The notes below the pieces were generated by a model that ran no database searches, was not told the origin of the DNA, and saw nothing but the letters and a program-made list of their open reading frames with translations. A stretch of DNA of 63,297 bases, filler included, from Octopus bimaculoides (lineage: Eukaryota), in NCBI RefSeq assembly GCF_001194135.2. It is 8 parts of 7 records of this genome, joined end to end, with 100 filler letters (N's around TTAATTAATTAA, not from the genome) between each part and the next. Parts side by side here need not be neighbours in the genome. Positions count along the whole stretch, not along the records: positions 1 to 16,118 come from NC_068986.1; positions 16,219 to 20,837 come from NW_026360896.1; positions 20,938 to 37,593 come from NC_069002.1; 5 more parts are not named here. One strand, given 5' to 3'. Shown in pieces: positions 14,652 to 27,120 of this stretch; position 1 is the stretch's first letter, and every line of letters begins with the position of its first letter. The position numbers were made by a program, and so were the translations under genes.

Positions 14652-14919
14652 CCAGTTCAACGGCAGTTTGCGATTTGCATATTCATATATAATCTATATG
14701 TAAAAGCTCCTTTCTGCATTTTAATAATGAATTTGATTGTTTTTGTTAATCTGTAAGAGGGGAGCACTTTGATATAAACACGTTTCATATGGAACAACTA
14801 AATTAGAACGCAAGATTCTTCGAGTCTTCACAAAATATGCTTTCCATCTATAAATATATTTGTGTTGGTATATATGTGAGTTTGTGTGAGCTTGTATAAG
14901 TGGATACACCACCATGTTC

Positions 14920-15016
<97 letters not shown>

Positions 15017-15436
15017 AATCTATATATCTATCTATCTATCTGTTTATTTAACCATATATCTGTCTATTATGTGTGTGCATATATGCTGGGGTGTAAAGCA
15101 TTTTACATCAATATACACATATAATTTATCTTCCCGCGTTTGTGTGTTTTATTGGTTTGCGTAAATGTATTCGCACACACGTTTGGTATTATAAAAGGAT
15201 GAGCACTTAGATATGTCGATATATAGTCAGAAAGATATACATATATACCTGTATTTATCTATCTCGTCCACACACGTGTGTGTGAGTCTGTGTGTTTGTG
15301 TGTGTGTGTGAGTATGCATGCGTATAAATATATATAGAGAGATAGATAGATAGATACATACATACATATATAGATTTATATATAAATATATATACGCATT
15401 TCTCTCTCTCCATTTCTCTCTCTTTGTATACATAAA

Positions 15437-15477
<41 letters not shown>

Positions 15478-15484
15478 TATATAG

Positions 15485-15537
<53 letters not shown>

Positions 15538-16161
15538 GTGTGTGTATTTATATATGTATATATATATATGCATATATATGTATGTGTGTATGCGTGCGTA
15601 GATGTGTGTGTGTTTAAATAGATAAATAAATAGAAAGCCAGACAGTGATATAGATAGATAAGAAGATTAAAAAAACAACATAACACATAATACTGTACAG
15701 CTGTCATATCTAGCATAAAACCAAACCAGTTGCTAAAGAAGATTTAACCCCTCTACCCATATTATATAGCCCGGGTTCCTGGAACCCTCCACCCGTATAA
15801 CAATACAGCGTCTTCAAATGCCACCACCCACTTCTCACACATCTCACAACCTCCACCCTTCACTCAATACTCCACCTCAATATGTTACCTATTAGGTTCA
15901 CAGACCTCACTTCCGCTTCTATTACACACCTGCCCTCATAGCAGTGAAACAACACCCGCTATATATCGTTTGCATACTCACGTTCGCACCTCTTACTACC
16001 ACTGATACTACTTTGCTTATAAGTTCTGTCTTTGTCACTTTATCCCTCTCTCTCGGTCTCTTTATCTATATATCTATCTCTGTATTTGTCTCTCTGTCTA
16101 TCTATTCATATATATATANNNNNNNNNNNNNNNNNNNNNNNNNNNNNNNNNNNNNNNNNNN

Positions 16162-16173
16162 NTTAATTAATTA
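16162..16173. other. Artificial scaffold linker TTAATTAATTAA in a 100-bp N spacer (also 20882-20893, 37638-37649, 44513-44524, 56077-56088, 58293-58304, 61801-61812)
   Basis: Identical palindromic six-frame-stop 12-mer centred in ~44 N on each side, seven times. Confidence 0.95.
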
Positions 16174-16218
16174 ANNNNNNNNNNNNNNNNNNNNNNNNNN
16201 NNNNNNNNNNNNNNNNNN

Positions 16219-17388
16219 TAGCTCTTGTGCTAATTTGTGTTGAACATCTCTGACAGGAGGAGCTGGAAGACCATAGATTTCAAGTTTGTTTCCACCCAGT
16301 GATTGAACCTTGTCGTCTATTAATCTTAATGTGTCATTGAAGATGTCATCATTGAATGTGACATCACCGTCACTGATATTGAATTCTTTGAAGAATGTCT
16401 TCAGAAAGCCCCTCCTTGTATTTGTCCCAAAGTTGATTTGGATTTGACAATCCACAGTTCACCAGCATGATGGAGAAGAGGTTTCTCAGCTGCATAGGAG
16501 ACTTGCACATTTGTGCCTCTGTCAGAGTGGCATCCCAGTGTGCATTATCTTCCAGAAGACCTCTGAGAGGGCAAGCCTAGCGATATGTTTGACATACTGT
16601 GTTATCAACCGTTCGTAAGGCCGTAAATGATGTGGGTCCCTTGACATGGTGTAATAGAAGCCTTAGATAGTAGCACTCTGAGTAGTTGGGATGGACAACA
16701 TAGACTCTGCCAAGTATATCTGATTTCTTGATTCCTGGATATTGTGTGGGTGCACCAAGTGCACGTCTTTTCCATTTGTTTTGGTGCCAGGCATAGAATT
16801 GTGGAACTTCATTGTATAGCAGTCTTGTAGCAAATTCATCATCCTGACAGAGCTTGTAGAACGCTGTGAGTGTGGTATTTTTGGGAGCTTCCATTTGTAG
16901 TTGGACTGTGTGTGGGGTGAAGTAGACCCTTTCGTCATTTTCCAAGTGAACTGCAAGATGTTGCACGTGGGGATATCTCTCATGAATGGGGAACTTGANN
17001 NNNNNNNNGATTGAAGTTAAAGTGATGTTGAATCGAAATTTGTCACTCAGTGAACCAAACAGCAACAGAAAACCGTACTTCTGTTAGTAAATGATGAAAT
17101 TACATACATCAGTAAATGTGAGTAAACTTTTATGGCGAACAGTAACGATTGAAGTGAAAGTGAAGAAAAAACTATGGCTACCGGAAGTTGACATTGAGGA
17201 ACCTTTTTAAAGAAGTGAATCTTAAATATAAAGCAATATTATTTATCTTAATAAAAAAATCAAATGAAGAGCCTAAGATTTATCCGAGGTCAAATTATTC
17301 ATGTATCACAAGTATGGAACTAAATGGTGAAGCCGTTTTCACGTGAAAAGCGATTACACACACATCTCTGTTTTATATATAGTATAGA
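16219..17388 (-). mobile_element. Internally deleted Helitron: 5' terminus plus Rep-Helicase fragment
   Basis: A|TCTATACTATATATAAAAC 5' end at 17388; ORF pieces FPIHERYPHVQHLAVHLEN, TTLTAFYKLC, LGRVYVVHP..ECYYLRLLLHHVKGPTSF..LRTV, LIDDKVQSLGG..YGLPAP typical of the Helitron RepHel linker region; frameshifts present. Confidence 0.9.
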
Positions 17389-18635
17389 TATATATATTTC
17401 AGATTCCTCATTTATAGCGATGTGGACCATCTAGTCATTCTTATAAGTAACTGATGACTTGTGCGGTGAATTTGTTTAAAGTGAAGATTTGCATCTTGTC
17501 AACCTTTCCCTCTCTCTCATATCCGTGACTATCTTCAATCCAGAAGCAAGACCAGGTGAACACGTTTGGGAAGTGTGACTGATGTAGTCAATGGCTGAGA
17601 TAAAATTACTTCATCTTGGTCTCTGCACGGCAGAATGTCACTTTCCCTTCCGTTGAACCATGAAGGCTTCTTCCACAGACACCGCCAAATCCAATTTTCA
17701 GATGCACAGGCAGGTAAACTCAAATAAGCTAATTCACCCAAAGCTGAGACGTTGTCAGGTGCTACTACGCCGCATTAAAATTGAATGATTTACCTGTTCA
17801 CTACAGTTAATTTGTATCTGAATTTATATATATATACATATGTACATACATACATACATACATACATACATACATACATACATACATACATACACACACA
17901 TACACACACACACACNNNNNNNNNNNNNNNNNNNNNNNNNNNNNNNNNNNNNNNNNNNNNNNNNNNNNNNNNNNNNNNNNNNNNNNNNNNNNNNNNNNNN
18001 NNNNNNNNNNNNNNNNNNNNNNNNNNNNNNNNNNNNNNNNNNNNNNNNNNNNNNNNNNNNNNNNNNNNNNNNNNNNNNNNNNNNNNNNNNNNNNNNNNNN
18101 NNNNNNNNNNNNNNNNNNNNNNNNNNNNNNNNNNNNNNNNNNNNNNNNNNNNNNNNNNNNNNNNNNNNNNNNNNNNNNNNNNNNNNNNNNNNNNNNNNNN
18201 NNNNNNNNNNNNNNNNNNNNNNNNNNNNNNNNNNNNNNNNNNNNNNNNNNNNNNNNNNNNNNNNNNNNNNNNNNNNNNNNNNNNNNNNNNNNNNNNNNNN
18301 NNNNNNNNNNNNNNNNNNNNNNNNNNNNNNNNNNNNNNNNNNNNNNNNNNNNNNNNNNNNNNNNNNNNNNNNNNNNNNNNNNNNNNNNNNNNNNNNNNNN
18401 NNNNNNNNNNNNNNNNNNNNNNNNNNNNNNNNNNNNNNNNNNNNNNNNNNNNNNNNNNNNNNNNNNNNNNNNNNNNNNNNNNNNNNNNNNNNNNNNNNNN
18501 NNNNNNNNNNNNNNNNNNNNNNNNNNNNNNNNNNNNNNNNNNNNNNNNNNNNNNNNNNNNNNNNNNNNNNNNNNNNNNNNNNNNNNNNNNNNNNNNNNNN
18601 NNNNNNNNNNNNNNNNNNNNNNNNNNNNNNNNNNN

Positions 18636-18712
<77 letters not shown>

Positions 18713-19049
18713 ATATACATATCTGTATATGTATGTGTGTACATATATACCTACATGTAGTTATGCATTGCCATAAATATAACTTTGTAGTGTATCATAA
18801 ATTGGGATCCTAGTTTATAAACAGGTGATCCGGAAGCATTGGCCGGACATATTCTCAAACCATGGCAACATGACTCATAGACTCTTCCTCTTCTTTATTG
18901 GACAATGCTAACTTCTCCGACAACAATGCTCACTCAGCCGATATCAGCACTTGGCCAAGTTGCTCGTAGAGCTAGGCTAGAAGGGCCAGGCCCCTTATTT
19001 TTTGTTAAGGCTGTTAGTAAGTTTTCCTAATTTACTCCAATCCGGATCC

Positions 19050-19270
19050 CCAATCCAAACCTTCGAATTAACCTTCTCCATTGCAGATCTCTAATGCAAC
19101 CTTATCCAATCCAAATCTTTGAGTCAACCTTCTTCACTGCAGATCTCTAATGCAAACCTTCGCTGCATCCTTACCCAGTGCAAACCTTCGATGCAACCTT
19201 TTCCAATGCAGATCTTCGATGCAGATCTCCGAGGCAACCTTCTCCAATGCATATCTTCGATGCAGCTTGG
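19050..19270. repeat. Minisatellite of alternating 13- and 15-nt variant units
   Basis: Minus-strand units GCATCGAAGATCT / GCATTGGAGAAGGTT and variants, ~15 units. Confidence 0.8.
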
Positions 19271-20079
19271 ACTGGTTAGGACTAGATCGGGATTAGTCGC
19301 TGCCTTTTAGAGACTCCCGAGCCCCCTTCAGCTAGGTTAGCTTAGGCTTAGGTTAAGGCTTAGTTGTGATCCGAACACAACCTTTTCTGACACAGAGGAT
19401 CGGGAGCCCTTTTGGGCGTTCTATTTTCTTTGCCGGAAGGATTCTCAATCCATGGGCCGGGTGGGGGGTAGATGATGGGGCTAGGTTTAGAAAGTGCCGG
19501 CATGTGCAACCTGATCACTTCTGCCGGTCAAACTCCCAACCCATGCGTTCCCGTCGTGGCACTGATTCTGCAGAACTGTGAAAACCAACTTTAAAGTATA
19601 AATATAGATTTTTTGAATCAGCAATGTTGTGTTCGGTTAANNNNNNNNNNNNNNNNNNNNNNNNNNNNNNNNNNNNNNNNNNNNNNNNNNNNNNNNNNNN
19701 NNNNNNNNNNNNNNNNNNNNNNNNNNNNNNNNNNNNNNNNNNNNNNNNNNNNNNNNNNNNNNNNNNNNNNNNNNNNNNNNNNNNNNNNNNNNNNNNNNNN
19801 NNNNNNNNNNNNNNNNNNNNNNNNNNNNNNNNNNNNNNNNNNNNNNNNNNNNNNNNNNNNNNNNNNNNNNNNNNNNNNNNNNNNNNNNNNNNNNNNNNNN
19901 NNNNNNNNNNNNNNNNNNNNNNNNNNNNNNNNNNNNNNNNNNNNNNNNNNNNNNNNNNNNNNNNNNNNNNNNNNNNNNNNNNNNNNNNNNNNNNNNNNNN
20001 NNNNNNNNNNNNNNNNNNNNNNNNNNNNNNNNNNNNNNNNNNNNNNNNNNNNNNNNNNNNNNNNNNNNNNNNNNNNNNC

Positions 20080-20260
20080 GATTCCTTATGGGATTTCCCA
20101 ATCAGCTTGTCTGCAACCTATTTTCAGCCAAACGTTTACCAATTTCAATGGATTTCGCTCAAATTTGATGTCGGTGTAACTTAGTTTGGTTTGAAATAAA
20201 GCGCTTGATTAGTTTAATAAGCTTAGCTTAATCCCGGGCAATACCGGGCTAAACTGCTAG
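20080..20260 (+). mobile_element. Helitron 3' terminus
   Basis: Hairpin CCCGG-GCAATA-CCGGG (20233-20248), 8 nt, then CTAG|T (20257-20261). Confidence 0.8.
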
Positions 20261-20280
20261 TAATTAATAAAAAGGATATA

Positions 20281-20357
20281 CGCCCCGAGAGGGACTCGAA
20301 CCCGCGACCCTCAAATTGCTTCTAAGGCTAACCTGTAACAGTCTGAACTATACGGGC
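20281..20357 (-). pseudogene. tRNA-Lys-like pseudogene
   Basis: GCCCGTATAGTTCAG...AATTTGAGGGTCGCGGGTTCGAGTCCCTCTCGGGGCG resembles tRNA-Lys ends and B-box; T5 terminator 7 nt downstream; acceptor and T stems mismatched, anticodon arm unrecognisable. Confidence 0.7.
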
Positions 20358-20496
20358 GGACAGCATTGTCTTTATCATATTATCTACAAAAGCAAAGTTG
20401 AGGTCCCAGAATTATCTTACGACTCTGACAGGGCTATTTATCCACGTACGTCTAATACAAATAACTTTCGAAAAACTAGCGCATAATCTCAAACAT

Positions 20497-20700
20497 GGCT
20501 GTGTAGTTAAGAAACTTGCTTTGTAGCCACTAGATTTGAGTTCAGTCCCATTGCGCGGCACCTTGGGCAAGTGTCTTCTAGTTCTCCAAGCCGACTAATG
20601 TTTTGTGAGTGAATCTGGTAAACGGAAATTGCGTGGAAACCTACACATAGTGCTGATGAGCTGAATTCGGGACATGCCATTAAAATCATACCTTAGAATA
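20497..20700 (+). mobile_element. SINE family B, degenerate
   Basis: TGGCTGTGTAGTTAAGAAACTTGCTT..GGCACCTTGGGCAAGTGTCTTCTA.. Confidence 0.8.
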
Positions 20701-20937
20701 AATAGTTGCATATATTATCGCATAATGTTGCAATTTTCATGAGATCGAATCTCAATGAAACAATTGGAAACTGATGTAACAAAACTGTGGATTTTCAAGC
20801 ACGTGTTTCATAAAATAAGCAATCTCCGGATTACTGTNNNNNNNNNNNNNNNNNNNNNNNNNNNNNNNNNNNNNNNNNNNNTTAATTAATTAANNNNNNN
20901 NNNNNNNNNNNNNNNNNNNNNNNNNNNNNNNNNNNNN

Positions 20938-20969
<32 letters not shown>

Positions 20970-20998
20970 TGCGCGCGCATCGCAAACACACGCAGATA

Positions 20999-21029
<31 letters not shown>

Positions 21030-21089
21030 TCGGTATAATGTGAAAAACAAAACAATAAGATTCGGTGAGATAGATACAAAGGAGGGAGG

Positions 21090-21121
<32 letters not shown>

Positions 21122-22620
21122 GAGAGAGAGACAGAGAGGAGCGAGGAGTGAGGAAGAGGGAGGTAGGAAAATGTTGCCGATATTCAACATTTAAAATTTG
21201 CTTAGGCTGCACTTTATATAATGCGATTCGCTTGTCATTAAGAGCAAATTAATGGAAGCATAAACAAAGCGATGTTATCGTAAACAATTAGGTTTAGAGA
21301 CGGAGAATTAATAGATAATATGATATACGAAACCAATATAGAGTAGGAAATATTTATAAAGGTTATCGTGAACTAATAAAACAGGATGTGATCAAATAGT
21401 TGATATGCAAGTTAATATATATTAGTAATCGTATTGCGAATGTACACTCTACATAGCGTCATACTACATATACATACATACACACACAATGTTTCATCAT
21501 TGAGTGATGCATGATAATGCAATACGTAAATGAAACAAAAACAATGAATTTTTGTAGTATAATGAAAAAATTGTCGGTATCAATATAGATTCCATACAGA
21601 TATATAGATTTTTTTATAGAATATAAAATAGTCACAGGTGGCGATGAGAAAAAATAATTTCGTAATTTCTAGGTGGAATAATGCAAAAACAAAAGATATA
21701 CTGCAGCAGTAACAAATGATTTCTATGAGAAAGTATTATAAAACCTCATGACACACATTAACTATTGCGTCATCTCTTTTAATTATATGAATTGATGAAG
21801 GCGAAAATGCTTCAACGATGAGTCTTTACAACACAACAGCACTGAGACACGTGGTAGAGAAAAGTCACCTTCATACAGGAAACAAATACTGAATGCCTAC
21901 AAAACGCCCATAGTCTGGCTGCCGGTATTAATCGCTATATACTATGCTACTTATAGATCAATAGAGACATTACAACATTACACTCTATCCCAAGTTTATT
22001 GAACATAGCTGAACTTACTACAATGAGTTGAAAGTACAAACTCAAAATGGGAACCAGATCGAAATACTATACTGTCTGGTAGCTGATTGCCAGTAAAGAG
22101 CTAGCCTCTAGCATTTGGAAATGTCTTAGTAACTTCATAATGAAAGAAAAATAATTCCGGTAAATCTCAAGTGTATAACATTTTATAGACTGCGTGACCT
22201 TGATATATCGTATCGATTGAAATGAAACACAAATATTCAGGAGTTGTAACATATACATCTAATTACAGAGAGAGATCCAGTTACCCGTTAACGCTGAAGA
22301 AACCCCGGCCAACACTGAAATATATTTAGATTCGCCATAAGCATTTCTTTATTGTTTATTTATCTCATCACCATAGCAACTGAAAGGTCTTCCTTGTTGT
22401 CTAATATTTTAGTAGAGTCATTTTTGCTGTTTATGACACGTATGAAACATTTACAGCTTAAGGTGGCAAAGAAGGTTTTATGTCAAATCAACAAATGGGA
22501 TAAAACAATATCTGGTGTAAAATAGAAAGTTGCACACACACACACACACACATATTAATATATATTAGTACGTACGTACGTATGTATGTATGTATGTATG
22601 TATGTATGTATGTATGTATG

Positions 22621-23640
22621 AGATGAAATGTTGAGTGTATATGAGTAGAAGACCATGCATGGATATGTTAGTAGAAAGCTCAGAGACGATAGTAACACTG
22701 AACATCAAAGCAGTCTATCATGGAACAGCAACCAGATTACTACCTCCCACTTTGAAGGGTATGCGTTTGTCATCCAGGAACAGGAAATATAAACGAAATA
22801 CCTGATGCACAAAAGGGGTACAGATGCCGGGAAAGTAGTAAAATATGGCAACCAATGCTGGCTTTGTGGTGCTAACAACGAAAATATCACCCACATCATG
22901 AGCAGTTGTCCGAAATTGTAATCACGGTTTATCTACCAATGAGACATGAAGTTGTAGCTAGGACACTCTATAACGAGATCCGTCAAAAGGATAATCCCGA
23001 GGACAAAGAAATAAGAACCCACATTATAGTGGAAGCCATAGCCACTAATGATAAAATGGCGTACTAGTGGAATGTCCCAGTGAATATCTCAATAAAATGT
23101 AAACTCAACATTGATTTGGGACAGAGAAGAGAAACTGTACAGTTGTGGAGCTCAGCTGCCCAACCGATGTTAACATAACGCTGAAGATCAGTAAAAAAGA
23201 AAATACCTACACTGAACTATTGAGATATTTGCAGTTACTCTGTCCAGATTAAAAGTTTGGGTTTATATTTGTAACTATTGGGACACTGGGATATGTAACA
23301 CACTGCCTAAATACCAATTTTGAGAAATTAGGCTTCTCAAAACGAGATAGGAGAAATCTAATTCGAAGACTACAGATCCAATCCATCACTGGAACTGCAA
23401 AAATCTGTAAAACTTTACAGACGTTTAACATTTAAGTATATAAGAGCATGTCTAGATATGCAAATATATATATGAGAAGACATACATAAAACAAAACATA
23501 CAAATCTGCACATATAAATACATACATACACACAAAACAAGCCTAATGTTGATGCTGAAATTCCAACGAAGGAGCCTTGATCTAGTTTAGAAACCAGCAC
23601 TTTCTGTATTGGCAAGAAATCTTAAAATGAAACTGAATAA
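22621..23640 (+). mobile_element. 5'-truncated R4/Dong-type RLE LINE (C-terminal CCHC + REL endonuclease + 3' UTR)
   Basis: GYAFVIQEQEI, CWLCGANNENITHIMSSCPKL, MRHEVVA, VVELSCPTDVNI..KENTY, IGTLG, KICKTLQTFNI*; stops and frameshifts. Confidence 0.85.
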
Positions 23641-23799
23641 TGACACACATACACACATACATACATACTTTTAGGTTTCATGGAACACGCATGTAAAATA
23701 AAACTCAATGTATGGGTGTATAAATGTTTTAATTGGTTTATATAAATCTACTGATACCAATAAAACTTTATAGAAGAAATTGAAGGATTAGATTTAGAG

Positions 23800-23849
23800 A
23801 AGAATAAACTGCTACATGAGATCATGATCTCATGTAGCAGTTTATTCTT
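23800..23849. repeat. Perfect 50-bp palindrome, no spacer
   Basis: AAGAATAAACTGCTACATGAGATCA|TGATCTCATGTAGCAGTTTATTCTT. Confidence 0.95.
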
Positions 23850-24700
23850 GCAATGAACTACGAATGCATAAACAAATGATATGAAGCGATGTGAAACGAC
23901 CGTTACAAAAATCAAACTGAATGACAAACTGGACTCGTATTTAGCTCAGGTCAATCTTGATTGAGTGGACATATGATCGAATGCGTTTCAGTCATGATGG
24001 TCATGTTTTTAGATATTATATATCTAGAACTATTTTATAAATCGTTTTTCTACGTTTTCCAAAACAGTTTGGTGTGTTATGGAGAATATATTTGACTGCT
24101 ATTTTTAGCAGTTTCCGATGTGCCGAAGACGCTTAATTGTTGATACAGCAAGGAAGATTAAGAAATCAAAGTAGCAATAAGCAGCAATATATAAATCGTA
24201 AATTACACGGAACTGACTTGAAACTATTAAAACTGAAATTTCATCATGAAGGTAGAAAATAGTATTTGTGGGATTTCTATGATAGGCTGACATTTTAACG
24301 ACGGGACCCATTGAGTGGATCCAGCAAAGATAACCCAAATTATATTAAGATACGAAAGCAAGCAATACAAGATGAGCAGTTATAAGAACAAATATTGGTT
24401 ATTCTAGGAGCGTTCTAGATACAATAGCCTATTACGAATATCAGTGACGAATTGCAGTGAATAAACATGTTGGAATAACAACGCAAGGATAACGTATTTC
24501 AAATCACAAAAAATGCTATACAATACGGTGTGACAAAAGTCTGGAGAAAACTCTGGAAAAACATAAGCGCTTGTGAAACATGTATAAAATAATTAGATGA
24601 GAACGAGTAGCTTGTGAGTAAACGACGAAAATATACATTAAATAATGCATACATACGCTGAGGATATGTTATAAATTAACAGATATATATGAGGTATATA

Positions 24701-24750
24701 CAGTAATCCCTCGCCATATCACGGTTCACCTATCGCGGTTTATTGTCGAA
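24701..24750 (+). mobile_element. Tc1/mariner (pogo/Tigger-like) terminal inverted repeat remnant
   Basis: TA|CAGTAATCCCTCGCCATATCACGGTTCACCTATCGCGG; partner TIR not seen. Confidence 0.55.
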
Positions 24751-24751
24751 G

Positions 24752-25064
24752 CTTAGGTCGATTCCTCCCTGCTGTACTCTTCCACCACAACTTTCTCTCA
24801 CTCTTTCTTCCTGTTTCTGTTGTGCCTGTAATTCAAAGGGTCAGCCTTGTCACACTGTGTCACGCTGAATATCCCCGAGAAATACGTTAAGGGTACACGT
24901 GTCTGTGGAATGCTCAGTCANNNNNNNNNNCGAGAACTATGTTAAGGGTACACGTGTCTGTGGAATGCTCAGTCACTTGCACGTTAATTTCACGAGCAGG
25001 CTGTTCCGTTGATCGGATCAACTGGAACCCTCGATGTCGTAAGCGACGGAGTACCTACAACAAC
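24752..25064 (+). mobile_element. Retroposon family C (SINE or LINE 3' end) with CAA tail
   Basis: Inverted homologous copy at 51845-52095 (CACTTGCACGTTAATTTCACGAG core); ends in CAACAAC. Confidence 0.75.
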
Positions 25065-25879
25065 CTAAAGTCCAACAGGGATATATGCGAGGGATATATT
25101 TGCTGAGCCCCTGGGATGTATATCACAACAATGCTTGTATAATTGCATAGAAGTACTTGGGAATGCAGACGGATTCGAAAACTCAAGTGAAATTCATCAG
25201 CGTTGGACATAATATTTTATTTGGAAATCTAAACACCAAAGACAATCGACAATGTTAATGATATATTTGTTATAATATCTCAATAGACTTTGCCCAAGTA
25301 AGACATAATAGATTCTGATCGACATATTTCCATCAGTTCTACAATATATAAAATCTAATAATTACTGAAGTGTTGCTCTAAAAATGGGTGTGTATAATGA
25401 CTAGGCCACCATGATTAAAACAAAGAAACGGAAGTGGTCTAAGAGTTCACTGGCCGTCTAATATCTCTCATTTTATTATAGATCAGAATAATTGCTTGTA
25501 TCAGTTATAGAAAAACATTAATGATAAATTAACACATTCCTCTTTAAATTATGTGTATTTATCTTTTTGATTGATTGAGTAGAAACACATTTCGGTTTGA
25601 AGGCGAAAATAATGTCCATTACAATTGGGCATATTCAACGAGTGTCTTATCTCACAGACATTTAATCCTGCATTTTATCCTGTTATGGATCCATTAAGTA
25701 TTGTTTTAAAGTCTGTAGCAAATGTGTAGAAGGACGAGTTAACGAATTTTTATTATGATAGGCTTTAGATAAGTGGTATCCTATTACACAGTTATTCTAC
25801 GACTCAGTTGGAAACTGGAACACTTAATTGCCCTAATGGTTGTAAATATATTTACTAAGATTACTGTCAGCCAAAGATG

Positions 25880-26100
25880 AGTCATACATTATACACGGGA
25901 GTGAAATCCGATAAAATAATACAGCAATTAGTGTCAAGAAAACATGCAGGTATCTGGGTATCAATGAAGAATATTAGATGGAAAATAATGGAAATTAACT
26001 GAAATAAATACATCACATCGGAGTAATCAGTTAGAGATCAGAACAATCAAAAACGTGAACTGAGTTCGATAATAACCGATCAATGCTCTGACAGAGTCTC
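25880..26100 (+). mobile_element. Very degenerate R4/Dong-like RT C-terminal relic
   Basis: KTCRYLGINE resembling TYKYLGINE of the element at 33950-34020, followed by stop-ridden similarity. Confidence 0.4.
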
Positions 26101-26751
26101 ACAGGCAAAAATTAAAGCTGCGTTTTATCCTTATAAATTGAAGCTTGGCAGTCAACAAAGTTCGCATTTCGTAAACTCCACCGATCGATGACTATGGCAC
26201 TTACCTACAAAGAAAAAGAAGAAATATATCATTATTGCAAATGTTTGTAAACAAAAAGAAAAGAAAAATTATAAAAAGAATGTGTATGTAAATGTAACAC
26301 AACAAAGATATATTCAGTAAAATCCATAAGACTAGGAATTGATAAACAGATACATTAAACATCAGCATAATACAAGAGCGAATGACAGAAATACGGAAGT
26401 TAGTGACAACTAAAGAAGACATGAAAACATATTTTCTTAAAATCCACTACATTCGTAAAGAAAATTTGATTTAAAATCACAGCAGGAAAGATATTTAAAA
26501 TTGAAATTAGTGCATAAATTTTAAAGTCATTTCAATTTATCATGTGTTGTTCAGATTTTTTTGGCCTGCAGTGTTGAGTTCAATTGTTTCGGTATGTAAT
26601 ATACTAGAATTATATTCTAAATGATCAGTAAAATAAAAGATTCGAGAATGTTTAGAACCTTCCAGTGTATAAATCAGATATATTTCCAACATTTTGGGTG
26701 TGAAAAGAAAACATCCTGCAACAATTACTTCATAATACATTGAATCAAAAT

Positions 26752-27120
26752 AAGGTGGCTAGTTGGCACAATCGACAGCACGCCGGACGAAATGCACAGC
26801 AGCATTTCGTCCGTCTTTAAGTTCTGAGTGCAAATTCCACCGAGGCTGACTTTGCCTTTCATCCCGTCGGGGTCGATAAAATAAGCACCAGTTGAATACT
26901 GAGGTCGATGTAATTGATACCTCCCCACCCCGAAATACTGGCCTTGTGCGAGAATTTGAGACCAATGTATTAAATCAAAATATACTGTTGTTAGTGGTAT
27001 TGCGGCCGTTTTTATGTTGTGCATTCAAATTCCGCCGAGGTCGACTTTGCCTGTCATCCCATTCGGAGTCGATAAAATAAGCACCAGTTGAAGACTGGGT
27101 TCCATGTAATCGACTTATCT
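26752..27120 (+). mobile_element. SINE family A, one full copy plus a partial tandem second copy
   Basis: Head at 26752; core motif at ~26835 and again at ~27030. Confidence 0.9.

Noticed and set aside
15770-15790. GGGTTCC-T-GGAACCC hairpin as a possible 3' end of the 16-17 kb Helitron
   Set aside because: Too far from a CTAG, wrong flanking base, and separated from the Helitron by an artificial linker
16162-16173. Recurrent TTAATTAATTAA motif, superficially a piggyBac TTAA site or regulatory repeat
   Set aside because: Always centred in a 100-bp N spacer; an artificial six-frame-stop linker
17535-17741. Trp/Cys-containing 68-aa ORF with nearby splice-like motifs
   Set aside because: No consistent acceptor-frame-donor combination and no recognisable family
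19050-19270. Regularly spaced repeats as a CRISPR-like array
   Set aside because: Units are contiguous with no unique spacers, in a eukaryotic context with no cas genes
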